Source: Rhina ancylostomus
Taxonomy: Eukaryota
Direction: 5' to 3'
Assembly: GCA_030265395.1 (NCBI GenBank)
Contig: JARFYF010000084.1
Location: forward strand, 62,486,507-62,550,506
DNA: 64,000 nt
Part shown: piece by piece, positions 63,540 through 64,000 of the stretch
How the letters are laid out: each line of letters opens with the position of its first letter
Position numbering within the stretch: the first letter of the stretch is position 1
Made by a program: the position numbers and the translations under genes
Notes under the pieces: generated by a model
The model's input: only the letters and a program-made list of their open reading frames with translations
Database searches by the model: none
What the model was told of the DNA's origin: nothing

Positions 63540-64000
63540 TGTATTGCTTCCATGTTTCCAGGGTTAAGGACATCACTGGGAATTATTCTTCAGTGGAATG
63601 GGAATGAGCCAGAAGCTGTTGTATGGAATGGTACCATTGACATAGGGAGAACAGAGAAAAGAGGGGTTGTACACTTTTAGGAGCAAAGGATTAAGTTTTT
63701 ATTTTCTTTTAATAAGTAGAACCCCAAAAAATAGCAATTCCTGGTTTACTCGCAGTACCAGCTGCTAACATCAACAGAAATAGGAAGATCAGGCGGATTA
63801 ATACATAAATACTAAAATTGGTTGTCATTGGTTCTGTCTTTAATNNNNNNNNNNNNNNNNNNNNAGGAGAGGAGAAGGGAGGGCAGTTTTGGGACATGGA
63901 GAGACTAACAAGATGAGTAGATTGTACCTTCACGATTGTGACCAATAAACTAGTGGGGAGGTTTGGGAGAGTTTAAGCTAAATTGTCACTGGGATGGGCA
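63540..64000 (+). mobile_element. Older CR1 ORF1 esterase remnant
   Basis: GNEPEAVVWNGTIDIGR and PGLLAVPAANINRNRKIRRINT motifs. Confidence 0.65.

Noticed and set aside
50934-64000. AHR exon 3 (expected ...EGExLLQ|GT)
   Set aside because: No matching exon was found by eye. GARLLQ at ~51340-51358 lacks a GT donor. The exon probably lies beyond the window or in a gap.

Overview
Vertebrate genomic DNA, most likely a cartilaginous fish (inferred from the repeat families present: CR1, L2, Rex1/Babar, RTE, Penelope, V-SINE-like and Harbinger). It is a gapped draft with many N runs. The only host gene I can support is the 5' end of an aryl hydrocarbon receptor of the mammalian-like AHR type, on the + strand. 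It has a CpG-island promoter (~32.4-33.4 kb), coding exon 1 (33206-33261, MNSSSIYASRKRRKPVQK), a ~17.5 kb intron 1 and coding exon 2 (50746-50933, bHLH domain). Exon 3 was not found, so intron 2 appears to run past the window end. The rest is intergenic or intronic DNA full of degraded transposons. These include Penelope-like elements carrying hammerhead-ribozyme-like cores, four short TG..CA LTR-type insertions (three with exact target-site duplications) and several fossil Harbinger transposases, one facing a Myb-like partner gene. I found no clear new multi-gene system. The best leads are the ribozyme-bearing fold-back Penelope derivatives, sense-oriented LTR poly(A) signals after the bHLH exon, and a consensus XRE in the AHR 5' region. 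Repeat boundaries were judged by eye and are approximate unless a TSD is given.
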